This document shows, in pieces, positions 7,924-15,539 of a stretch of 24,000 nt of DNA. This stretch comes from Promethearchaeota archaeon (GTDB lineage Archaea; Asgardarchaeota; Lokiarchaeia; Sigyniarchaeales; Promethearchaeaceae): positions 11,281 to 35,280 of the forward strand of contig SDNX01000012.1 in assembly GCA_004524545.1 (NCBI GenBank), read 5' to 3'. The notes beneath the pieces were generated by a model. That model was not told where the DNA came from and searched no databases. It saw only the letters and a list, made by a program, of their open reading frames with translations. Position numbers and translations under genes: made by a program. Each line of letters opens with the position of its first letter. Position 1 is the first letter of the stretch.

Positions 7924-8115
7924 GTGAAATGTAGTATCTGCAAGGCGACAAGTAGTAGAGAATGGCACACATGTGTCGTGTGTGAAGCTGATTTATGTGA
8001 AGAATGTGCAGTGAAGTGCGATAAATGTGGAAAATATTATTGTATAGGTGGCGAGTGCGGGGATGACTACCAAGACGAGGCTGTAGATTATAACTTCTGT
8101 TACAAATGCAAATAG
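7924..8115 (+). CDS. Cys-rich zinc-finger micro-protein (12 Cys, six C-x2/4-C pairs; N-terminal half ZZ-type-like)
   Basis: 63-aa ORF with a GTG start. The in-frame upstream codon run is closed by the tmk stop at 7915-7917, and the ORF has no internal Met. GGAGG at 7907-7911 lies 12 nt upstream, suggesting coupling to tmk. Cys residues are at 3, 6, 17, 20, 25, 28, 32, 35, 40, 45, 59 and 62. Confidence 0.6.
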   Translation: MKCSICKATSSREWHTCVVCEADLCEECAVKCDKCGKYYCIGGECGDDYQDEAVDYNFCYKCK

Positions 8116-8121
8116 TAAAAT

Positions 8122-8499
8122 CTATATAATCATAAAATGCCGTGCCATAAGCATGGTGTAGTATACAAAGAACCAAGCCCATAACCCGGTGCATCCAACC
8201 AAGATCCCAATTAACCATTTTGCTCCATTTGCGGATCTTGCTCCCATATAGAGTTTCACCATTCCTACAATCTGTAACACGGTACATATTAAAGCACTCG
8301 AACATGCAGCAATATAAAATTCTAAAGAGTAATATAGAAACCAGAAAATATAGAATCCAAAAATCCCCATTCCGATTAAAATCAGAGCATGCAATTGGTT
8401 TGACGGTCTTCTAATACGGATTCGATCATCAGATTTCTGGGAAGCATCTCGATCGGTTGGAATCACGGGTTGAATACCAATTTCAGAATTTTTTTTCAT
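8122..8499 (-). CDS. Small integral membrane protein (about 3 TM helices), function unknown
   Basis: 125-aa ORF with a polar N-terminus followed by hydrophobic stretches (ALILIGMGIFGFYIFWFLYY, FYIAACSSALICTVLQIVGMV, WLIGILVGCTGLWAWFFVYY). An AT-rich TATA-like element (aaatataaatatatt) lies ~25-40 nt upstream of the ATG. It is convergent with the zinc-finger ORF. Confidence 0.55.
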   Translation of the reverse strand: MKKNSEIGIQPVIPTDRDASQKSDDRIRIRRPSNQLHALILIGMGIFGFYIFWFLYYSLEFYIAACSSALICTVLQIVGMVKLYMGARSANGAKWLIGILVGCTGLWAWFFVYYTMLMARHFMII

Positions 8500-8614
8500 T
8501 TCTGATCATAGGTTCTCCAAAGTAATATATTTATATTTCGTATCTGCTAGAAGACCCGAGGTTCCTTAGATTAAAATGAGGATTTGAAATAAAAGGAATC
8601 AACTCGGATAATAG

Positions 8615-9142
8615 ATGATTTTTAGAAAAAATATTCGAACACATGCACTAGGTATATCCAACTTTTTAATAACGGTGTTCTTAGTATTCTTACTTATGTC
8701 ACATCCACAAGTAAAAATGGAAACAAACAAAGGAACAATCATTATTGAATTTTATCCGGAACATGCCCCGGGTACGGTGAAAAATTTCTTAGATTTAACT
8801 CGAAAGGGATTCTACAACGGATTGACTTTCCATCGTGTTATACCGGAATTTGTCGTTCAAGGAGGATGTCCTCGTGGTACAGGTACTGGAGGTCCGGGAT
8901 ATACAATCAAATGTGAAACCGTTGGAAATCCATTAATTCATAAACCTGGAGCGTTAAGTATGGCACATGCAGGAAAAGATACAGGAGGATCCCAATTCTT
9001 CATTGTTTTGACTCGTGCGCACACTAAACACTTAGATGGGGCACATACGGTGTTTGGTCAGGTCATCGAAGGATTTGATTCAGTAGTTACAAAACTTACG
9101 AATGGAGATAAAATGGTAAAGGTCTCCATTTTAAGTGAATAA
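8615..9142 (+). CDS. Cyclophilin-type peptidyl-prolyl cis-trans isomerase, possibly membrane-anchored or secreted
   Basis: Motifs seen are [20 protein letters not shown] and [17 protein letters not shown]. The catalytic domain starts near Met35 ([24 protein letters not shown]). The first 34 codons encode a hydrophobic stretch ([17 protein letters not shown]). The start is therefore either 8615 (anchored form) or 8699/8717 (soluble form). Confidence 0.9.
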   Translation: MIFRKNIRTHALGISNFLITVFLVFLLMSHPQVKMETNKGTIIIEFYPEHAPGTVKNFLDLTRKGFYNGLTFHRVIPEFVVQGGCPRGTGTGGPGYTIKCETVGNPLIHKPGALSMAHAGKDTGGSQFFIVLTRAHTKHLDGAHTVFGQVIEGFDSVVTKLTNGDKMVKVSILSE

Positions 9143-9169
9143 TTCATTTTTTTTCTTTTAGGTGTCACT

Positions 9170-10072
9170 ATGAAAGCTGCAACAAAACTAATGGAAATGG
9201 AAACAGAAGACATTAGAATTTTAGCAGCTGTAGAACTGGGAATGAAAAAACACGAAATGGTTCCCATTAAGCATATTTCTTATTTCGCACGATATGAATT
9301 GGAAGAAACTGAATATCGTTTGGATCGTGTGCATAAAATGGGGTTATTACAAAGGAATAAAGTAGGTTCTGTCGCATATTGTCTCATTAGCGAGGGATAC
9401 GATATCCTTGCACTTCATACCCTATTCAGTCAAGGATACATTGAATCCGTAGGACCTCCCTTGGGAAAGGGAAAAGAATCTGATGTGTATCGTTGCTTAA
9501 CTAAAGATAATGAGCAAGTAGCACTAAAGGTGCATCGACTTGGTCAAACAAGTTTCCGAAGCATACGGAAATTTCGTTCGTATATTGACGAACGAACGCA
9601 TACCTCATGGCTATATATCAGTCGTCTATCTGCGAAGCGTGAATTTGAAGGATTGAAGCGCGTTGCCAAATTAAATTTAAGAACTCCAAAACCCATTGCA
9701 CAAAACCGTCATGCAGTTGTAATGAGTATTATTCAAGGGGAAGAAATTAGTAAATTTGATGAATTAAATGATCCCGATGTGCATTTCAACAAGATAGTAG
9801 GAGAGTACAAACTTTTCTTTTCGAAAGCTCATGTAATTCATGGAGATTTGTGCGAGTTCAATATCTTACTGGATCCAGATGATAATGTGCTGATAATAGA
9901 TTGGCCCCAATGGGAAGATTGGAATCATCCAAATGCATTAGAGTTGGTAACCAGAGATATAACTAATTTATGCACCTTCTTCCAGAAGAAGGGAGTAGAA
10001 TCCAATTCTGATGAAATTATTCGAGATATTATGCAGTTAAATCCTAAATTCCGAGAACAAACCAAAAAATGA
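9170..10072 (+). CDS. rio2: RIO-type serine/threonine protein kinase Rio2 (N-terminal winged-helix plus RIO domain)
   Basis: 300 aa. The N-terminal ~90 aa are wHTH-like (EDIRILAAVELGMKKHEMVPIKHI...). RIO motifs are GKGKESDVY, LKVHRLGQTSFR, HGDLCEFNILL and IIDWPQW. Confidence 0.9.
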   Translation: MKAATKLMEMETEDIRILAAVELGMKKHEMVPIKHISYFARYELEETEYRLDRVHKMGLLQRNKVGSVAYCLISEGYDILALHTLFSQGYIESVGPPLGKGKESDVYRCLTKDNEQVALKVHRLGQTSFRSIRKFRSYIDERTHTSWLYISRLSAKREFEGLKRVAKLNLRTPKPIAQNRHAVVMSIIQGEEISKFDELNDPDVHFNKIVGEYKLFFSKAHVIHGDLCEFNILLDPDDNVLIIDWPQWEDWNHPNALELVTRDITNLCTFFQKKGVESNSDEIIRDIMQLNPKFREQTKK

Positions 10073-11286
10073 GAGGAAATATGACACAAAAAGTACGACG
10101 AACCTTATTTACTCTGTCTGTTTTAGGGGATTTAGGAAATTCGCTATTATTGGTTACTTCAATTGCATACGGTGTCACTCTCACAACTGATCCTCTTATT
10201 GTTGGATTTATTGGAGCCGCATATGGATTTACCTATTTAATAACTCCTGGTATTTTGGGTTGGCTAGGAGATAAGTTTCCTCGAAAAACCAGTCTATTGA
10301 TCGCATCCTCAGGGCAAACCATTATTGCGATGATATTGTTCCTATTCGCAAATTCTCCATTAATCTTGATTTTAGGACAAATCGGATTGGGTATTGTCTA
10401 TGGATTTTTTTGGCCCTCAATTGAAGCTTATACATCCGAAATCTCTATACCTAATACCACTCAGAGTTGGGAACACTCCCATAAAAAAAGTATTTTAATG
10501 TTTTGCATTGCATGGTCTATAGGATATATGATCGGGCCACTTCTTGCCGGGGTTTTTAGTGATTATTTTCTTTCAGGTGCTTTCATTACAGTTATTATTG
10601 TTTATCTTACCGAAATCATTCTTGTGGTAATAAATCTACCAAAACTTAACACTCATTCCCCTATGACGAGTCAAGAAATAAATGAGAAGAATGATCTAGA
10701 AGAAAATGACTCTACTAGGCTTAAACAAAACACGATTTCATTATTCGAATTGATAGTGACTATTTTTTTATATTCATTTCTTTCCAAAACAATATTCACG
10801 TATTTTGCGGATTATTCTTTGGATCCCCATGGATTACAATGGACAGAATCCCTTATGGGTATTGTAATTTTCATGTTTGGTCTGGGTAGAACATTATATT
10901 TCATCGTAAACTATGTTTGGGTCCATGTACGAAGTACGATGAAGCTAATCTTATACACATTTTTGGGTATGGGACTGTGTTTGATGAGTATTTCATTTAC
11001 AAAAAATCCCTTCATCATGTCGATTATTCTACTGTTTCTAGGAATTGGAGCGGGAATCGTATATTCTTCAGCTTTAGATCTCATGTTACAGCAAACCCAG
11101 AAAAGAAAAGGTGCTAAAGCGGGAATTTTTGAAAGCATGGTCGGTCTCGGGAGTATTTTGGCTCCTTTGGTTGCAGGATGGATTGCTAGAAAGACTATCC
11201 TGACAATTCCTTTTTATGCGTTTGCGGGGTTTACTTTTGTAATTTTCTTGATATTTTTCTTATTGGAATATCTAAGGAAAAAATAA
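10069..11286 (+). CDS. MFS-type transporter (about 12 TM)
   Basis: 405 aa and highly hydrophobic. An MFS motif-A-like sequence, GWLGDKFPRKTSLL, follows TM2. The ATG at 10069 overlaps the rio2 stop (ATGA). The alternative ATG at 10081 is preceded by GAGAGG. Confidence 0.8.
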   Translation: MRGNMTQKVRRTLFTLSVLGDLGNSLLLVTSIAYGVTLTTDPLIVGFIGAAYGFTYLITPGILGWLGDKFPRKTSLLIASSGQTIIAMILFLFANSPLILILGQIGLGIVYGFFWPSIEAYTSEISIPNTTQSWEHSHKKSILMFCIAWSIGYMIGPLLAGVFSDYFLSGAFITVIIVYLTEIILVVINLPKLNTHSPMTSQEINEKNDLEENDSTRLKQNTISLFELIVTIFLYSFLSKTIFTYFADYSLDPHGLQWTESLMGIVIFMFGLGRTLYFIVNYVWVHVRSTMKLILYTFLGMGLCLMSISFTKNPFIMSIILLFLGIGAGIVYSSALDLMLQQTQKRKGAKAGIFESMVGLGSILAPLVAGWIARKTILTIPFYAFAGFTFVIFLIFFLLEYLRKK

Positions 11287-11733
11287 TTATACTTCTGGTG
11301 GAGATTTTTGCTCCAATTCAGGAAATTGCTCCAATATATCACGATGACGTTTCATTATCCGTTTTCTCCAAGGGTCATCGTCCGAAATATAATCTACTAA
11401 CTGATAGTTAGAGATAGTTTCCTTAGTTGGGTAGTATACCATTACTTCGTCCTTGCTTCCATCAGAATAGAGTACAGAAACGGGAATTCGTGAATAAAGC
11501 AACCCCTCATAATAATCGAGTTGGGCTAATCCCTTTTGATCCACATCGAATACCAAGCCCCAAAAGCCTTTTTTTGTATTGGAAGAATCTAATTTGAGGA
11601 TAAAAGGAAATGGATCTAATGGGCGCTGAATTCTGATAAACCCAGAAAGAAATGCAGCACGGACATTTTGAAAATTCCGGTAAATCTCACTTGTAATGAA
11701 CGTGCCATATCCAAAAATCTTCATGATTCCCAT
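11287..11733 (-). CDS. Gamma-glutamylcyclotransferase-like (AIG2/GGACT-fold) protein
   Basis: The core reads MKIFGYGTF...GF.R...PFPFILK...GFWGLVFDVD...LDYYEGLLYSRIPV...VMVYY, matching the GGCT-like pattern (YGTL...G...D.yEg..Y.R). The track ORF extends to 11844, but its first ~37 codons overlap the Sm gene. I therefore place the start at Met38 (11733) or Met41 (11724). Confidence 0.65.
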   Translation of the reverse strand: MGIMKIFGYGTFITSEIYRNFQNVRAAFLSGFIRIQRPLDPFPFILKLDSSNTKKGFWGLVFDVDQKGLAQLDYYEGLLYSRIPVSVLYSDGSKDEVMVYYPTKETISNYQLVDYISDDDPWRKRIMKRHRDILEQFPELEQKSPPEV

Positions 11734-11764
11734 ACCATAACTGTTAAGGGTGGTTTGAAGTCTT

Positions 11765-12001
11765 TTAATCGGCCTGTGGCTTGATAAACAAGATGTTATT
11801 GCCGCGAATGAAGATTTCTCCGAATTTTGCAGTGACTGAGCCATCCATCATTTCTTTAGCATTTTCGATTATCATGTTCAGATAGTTATCGCAAATCTTC
11901 AAACGTCCAAGATATTCGATGCCATCTTTTAATCGAATTAGGATAGTAGAGTTGACTGCGTTATGTAATACTTTCAATGGATTTTTTGGATCTATAGACA
12001 T
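11765..12001 (-). CDS. Sm-like (LSm/SmAP) RNA-binding protein
   Basis: 78 aa. Sm1 is ILIRLKDGIEYLGRLKICDNYLNMIIENA and Sm2 is GEIFIRGNNILFI. Size and motif spacing are typical of archaeal SmAP. Confidence 0.9.
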   Translation of the reverse strand: MSIDPKNPLKVLHNAVNSTILIRLKDGIEYLGRLKICDNYLNMIIENAKEMMDGSVTAKFGEIFIRGNNILFIKPQAD

Positions 12002-12075
12002 CTTGTGATGTTTTTATAATTGAAGGAATTAAAATTTTACCTAATGCACCTTGATTTAATCGAGTTAAATTCCCA

Positions 12076-12843
12076 ATGAAACCCTCCCCTTTGGATTCTA
12101 AAAAAGCAGAACAAATGCGTAATGCCTATGATGGAACTTCGGAGTATTATGATTCTAGATACCGTCATATCCAATATCTGAAATACAGTATATTACTGCA
12201 TCAAATTATCAAGATTCAAAAATTACCCCAGATCCAGTTAAGGGGACTCGTTTTGGATAATGGAGGGGGAACTGGTTTATTTCTGGAATTTCTTCAGAAG
12301 TTATCAAAATTTTCAATAAGAAACTCAGAAGAAGACGAAAAAATTAACCAAATCCTTGAATTCACTTGTTATCTTATCAGTAAAAAATATAGAACTACGC
12401 CTATTTCCTTAATTTTTCCCCCAACAGTAATTTGTGATGTATCTTTTGAAATGCTGCAAATTGCGCGGAAATTTCAAGATAGTATTATGTTGTATGGGTT
12501 AGTTTCATGTGACAGTGCTCATCTTCCATTCAGGCCTTCTCAATTTTCCACGATCACGGCATTTACTGTATTCCAGAACATTGAAAACATTAATAAAGCA
12601 ATAGAAGAATCGCATCGTGTACTTGTCGATCAAGGATGTTTAGGAATTTCGATTTTAAAAAAATCTTACAATAAATTTCGGTTTGCAGAAATGTTGGGAA
12701 AATGCTTTGATGATATCTATCCAGTTAATTTTGAAAAAGAAAGGGGAGATTTTCAAAAAATGATAGTGCAAAATGGTAAATATTCCCAATTCTATGATCT
12801 CGAAAAGGTCGAAGATTTCTTCTTAACTGCAAAAAAACTCTAA
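12076..12843 (+). CDS. Class I SAM-dependent methyltransferase with an insertion after motif I
   Basis: Motif I is VLDNGGGTGLF. The post-I/II region is ICDVSFEMLQIAR ... DSAHLPF, followed by FSTITAFTVFQNI and HRVLVDQGCLGISI. About 40 extra residues lie between motif I and the post-I acidic residue. The substrate is unknown. Confidence 0.8.
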   Translation: MKPSPLDSKKAEQMRNAYDGTSEYYDSRYRHIQYLKYSILLHQIIKIQKLPQIQLRGLVLDNGGGTGLFLEFLQKLSKFSIRNSEEDEKINQILEFTCYLISKKYRTTPISLIFPPTVICDVSFEMLQIARKFQDSIMLYGLVSCDSAHLPFRPSQFSTITAFTVFQNIENINKAIEESHRVLVDQGCLGISILKKSYNKFRFAEMLGKCFDDIYPVNFEKERGDFQKMIVQNGKYSQFYDLEKVEDFFLTAKKL

Positions 12844-12853
12844 GGTTACAAAA

Positions 12854-13744
12854 ATGAAACTGTATGTATTTGAAACGGATAAATGGATGGAAAGTGATGT
12901 AATTTACCCTCATGATATTGCATTATGTTTAGTTCCAGAAAAGAAAAAAATCTACGTATGGGATGGGCCAAGAGCCACTTCAGAAAAAAAAACTCAAGCA
13001 CATGAAATTTTAGATGATGTTGCAGGGAAATACCCCTTATATTCAATCATTCCCGTAGATGGGGATACCCCCCCATCCATTACAGACTGCATTAATACAT
13101 ATGTGAACACAAGTTTTGAAGAAGTCGAGAAAATTGATCGTGATCCTCAGTATGTGGTCTTTTTTTATATGATGTTAGGATTAATTGTGGGACTGATTGT
13201 CGGATACATCATGATTTTACGGATTATTGGATGGAATAAGGTTCCTGGGCAACCTCTTCTAATAATAAGTACAACTGGTTTCGCTAATTGGGTAACCCAA
13301 AACATTATTGTTCTAATTATCTTAGCTAGTTTATTTTTTGTGAGCTTAATATTCGCCAGTTTGACACAAAAAATCTTTTTAATCATAACTGCAAGTGTAG
13401 GAGTTATCGTCTTAACAGGTACGATATTTTACTTCTATTTGGGGATCTATTTATTTGATTTCAAGCCAGGATCCCCAATTGGATATTATTACCTCTCAAT
13501 CGGTGCAGTTGTAGGATTCTTCTTCTTAAATTTGCTCGCATTGCTCGTAATTTTTACCCCAATGGTTATATCCTTATGGGCTATTTATACAACCACCACC
13601 CCCATCTCATGGGCAGACTGGAAAGAAAAACGGAAGAAAAAAGCTGTGGTAATGAAAAAGTTCTCCGTTTTGGACAGGGAATCGAAATTCACGGAGTTAG
13701 AACAAGATCTCGAAAACGAGACATCAGAGGAACAAGAATCTTAG
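12854..13744 (+). CDS. Membrane protein with N-terminal gelsolin-like domain, ~5 TM helices and a charged C-terminal tail
   Basis: 296 aa with AAGGT 8 nt upstream of the ATG, starting 10 nt after the methyltransferase stop. Residues 1-95 carry a gelsolin-repeat-like signature (DIALCLVPEKKKIYVWDGPRATSEKKTQAHEILDDV ... IIPVDGDTPPSITDCI). Hydrophobic helices span aa ~100-250. The tail is KEKRKKK followed by an acidic run. Confidence 0.7.
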   Translation: MKLYVFETDKWMESDVIYPHDIALCLVPEKKKIYVWDGPRATSEKKTQAHEILDDVAGKYPLYSIIPVDGDTPPSITDCINTYVNTSFEEVEKIDRDPQYVVFFYMMLGLIVGLIVGYIMILRIIGWNKVPGQPLLIISTTGFANWVTQNIIVLIILASLFFVSLIFASLTQKIFLIITASVGVIVLTGTIFYFYLGIYLFDFKPGSPIGYYYLSIGAVVGFFFLNLLALLVIFTPMVISLWAIYTTTTPISWADWKEKRKKKAVVMKKFSVLDRESKFTELEQDLENETSEEQES

Positions 13745-13750
13745 AGTTTG

Positions 13751-13789
13751 TTTTCTTTTTAATCGCTTCTCTATCATTTTCTTTTTATT
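13751..13789 (+). terminator. Two oligo-T blocks (TTTTCTTTTTA twice) after the gelsolin-like gene
   Basis: TTTTCTTTTTAAT at 13751-13763 and TTTTCTTTTTATT at 13777-13789, beginning 7 nt after the stop codon. This matches the archaeal oligo-T terminator pattern. Confidence 0.4.
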
Positions 13790-13947
13790 GACATTCTATG
13801 AATTATTGCGAAAACCTTTGGTAAACACTGTTCTTTAATAAAAATTCCCCCACTAAGATTTGTTAGAAACAAAAACACTTTTTAAGCTAAACAACAACAT
13901 AATCAACGGTATAAAGATTTTACACTTATATCGAGGTAAAAATTATA

Positions 13948-15489
13948 ATGGCTAAAAAAGGAATTGGCGGCGTGATTTCGGGATCTATTATCCTATTTCT
14001 CGGCGCTATTATTATAACTGCGGGAGTAGGCGGTCGTGCTATGGCTAATAGCTTCCTCATCGAACCCATGGTGGGATCCACGCTAGGAGACATAGAAGCC
14101 CAAGCTATCCCGGCTCTAGAACCTGCAATTCAGGATATGGCATATCCCCTCTTCTTAGATGGGGTATATACTCAAATGCAATATGCCTTTGGTGGAGATC
14201 CCGCTAATCTGGCGGCATTCATTAACGGAAGCACTGCGGCGGGAGCGATATACGCAACTGCAAATGCTTTACATCCAGCACCTTATGCAGATCTTAATGC
14301 AGCATTGGTAGGTCTCTTCAACGATAATATTTTAACTAACTATGGAACTCCAATCCCAGGTATCTCGGAATCTATGAATGCAGGAACTCCAATCGGATAC
14401 ACTCTTCCAATGGTTGGTGCACTCTGTATGGGTTCTGGCTCCCCACCATTCGTAGGTATTTTAGAAGAAGATCCTTTAACGGATGGAACTCCTGGAATAT
14501 TAGTGTTCCTTGCAACCTATCAAGCAGCTATGGCAGATCCACCCACAATGACAGCAATGCTCGCGGCATACGGTCTTCCAGCTCAAGCAATGTTAGATGC
14601 TGTTGCAGGATATATCACAATGGTCTTATTCCCAGCAGTTGGAGCTTTAATTACTGGAGCTTTAGGATGGAATGAAATGATGCCTGCTGCGACCTCAGCT
14701 ACTGTTGGAGATTATATTTTAGCACAATGGGCTCAAATGGCTTTGCTCCCCGGCGGATTAGGATCATTAGACGCAGCAGCAACCAATTTCGAAGTAGATA
14801 GTACATTCGAGAATTTGACTCAAGTGAAATCCGTGTGGAATTCTTTAATAGGCGGTGAATTCTTACGATGGTATGCAGGTGATACAACTTTAATTGGTGA
14901 TTTGAGTATCACACAGACTATCTATGATGATGTCGTTGATTGGCTCCCTGAAGTTCTACCTGTTGTTCTCATGGGTGTTGCTGGAGAATTTGGCTTGACA
15001 TACACCACCCCCGATGCATTGTATAAGGATTTATTCATAGGGCAATGGGGACATATCGGATATTTGTTAGATGATCCTCTCTTCTCAATGCTCGGATCTG
15101 ATTTGGTTTTCGAAATCGATTTTGCATATGTAGATCAATTATCACAAGCAGATGGTTTAGCTCTGTGGACCGATCTAACAAGTGAAGAAGGTATTAAAGA
15201 ATGGTTTGCTGCTGTCAATGATCGAGACGGTCCTGAGTATGAAGCAAAACAAGCAGAATTTGATTTAAATTTCGAACAAATGAAAAAGGTCGTGAATTAC
15301 TTAGCAGAATGGCGAGATAGTACTCTCTTTGCACTAAATATTCAAGAAGAAGAGATAGTTTTGCCTATCTGGGGTGCTGATCTTGGAGCAGCGTTGGATG
15401 ATCTTGAACTCTATCTTCCAATCGGTGGTGGAGTGTTCGCCTGCGCTGGTGTTCTATTAATTGCTTTGTTTGCTCGAAAACGAGCATAA
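13948..15489 (+). CDS. Orphan Ala/Gly/Leu-rich acidic surface protein with N-terminal and C-terminal hydrophobic anchors
   Basis: 513 aa with GAGGT 13 nt upstream of the ATG and a 200-bp AT-rich upstream region containing TATA-like elements. The N-terminus MAKKGIGGVISGSIILFLGAIIITAGVGG is a signal or anchor. The C-terminus is LPIGGGVFACAGVLLIALFARKRA. I recognise no family motif. Confidence 0.75.
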   Translation: MAKKGIGGVISGSIILFLGAIIITAGVGGRAMANSFLIEPMVGSTLGDIEAQAIPALEPAIQDMAYPLFLDGVYTQMQYAFGGDPANLAAFINGSTAAGAIYATANALHPAPYADLNAALVGLFNDNILTNYGTPIPGISESMNAGTPIGYTLPMVGALCMGSGSPPFVGILEEDPLTDGTPGILVFLATYQAAMADPPTMTAMLAAYGLPAQAMLDAVAGYITMVLFPAVGALITGALGWNEMMPAATSATVGDYILAQWAQMALLPGGLGSLDAAATNFEVDSTFENLTQVKSVWNSLIGGEFLRWYAGDTTLIGDLSITQTIYDDVVDWLPEVLPVVLMGVAGEFGLTYTTPDALYKDLFIGQWGHIGYLLDDPLFSMLGSDLVFEIDFAYVDQLSQADGLALWTDLTSEEGIKEWFAAVNDRDGPEYEAKQAEFDLNFEQMKKVVNYLAEWRDSTLFALNIQEEEIVLPIWGADLGAALDDLELYLPIGGGVFACAGVLLIALFARKRA

Positions 15490-15493
15490 ACCT

Positions 15494-15522
15494 AAAAAAA
15501 TCAATTATTTATTTCTTTTTTT
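15494..15522. terminator. Bidirectional oligo-T terminators between convergent genes
   Basis: T7 at 15516-15522 serves the plus-strand 513-aa gene. A7 at 15494-15500 (T7 on the minus strand) lies downstream of the minus-strand CMD-family gene. Confidence 0.4.
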
Positions 15523-15539
15523 CTTCCACCCTTTCAAAC

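Noticed and set aside
7832-8305. 157-aa minus-strand ORF overlapping the tmk 3' end, the whole zinc-finger ORF and part of the 125-aa membrane ORF
   Set aside because: The translation is low-complexity and His/Tyr/Cys/Leu-rich with no recognisable motif. It overlaps three better-supported genes and has no ribosome-binding or promoter signal that I can see. It is most likely a shadow ORF of AT-rich sequence.
11734-11844. N-terminal extension of the GGCT-like ORF (track start 11844)
   Set aside because: It overlaps the last ~27 codons of the well-supported Sm-like gene in another frame. The conserved GGCT-like N-terminus (K-I-F-G-Y-G-T) starts at Met38/Met41, downstream of the Sm stop.
13751-13789. 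Direct repeat TTTTCTTTTTA x2 as a possible regulator-binding repeat upstream of the 513-aa gene
   Set aside because: It lies ~160-200 nt upstream of that gene's ATG and only 7 nt after the preceding stop. It is most simply read as tandem oligo-T terminators.
13948-15489. Higher GC content of the 513-aa gene as a sign of horizontal transfer or a genomic island
   Set aside because: The enrichment is explained by its Ala/Gly/Pro-rich amino-acid composition (GCN/GGN/CCN codons). The conserved por genes show similar local GC. There are no flanking repeats, integrase or tRNA.
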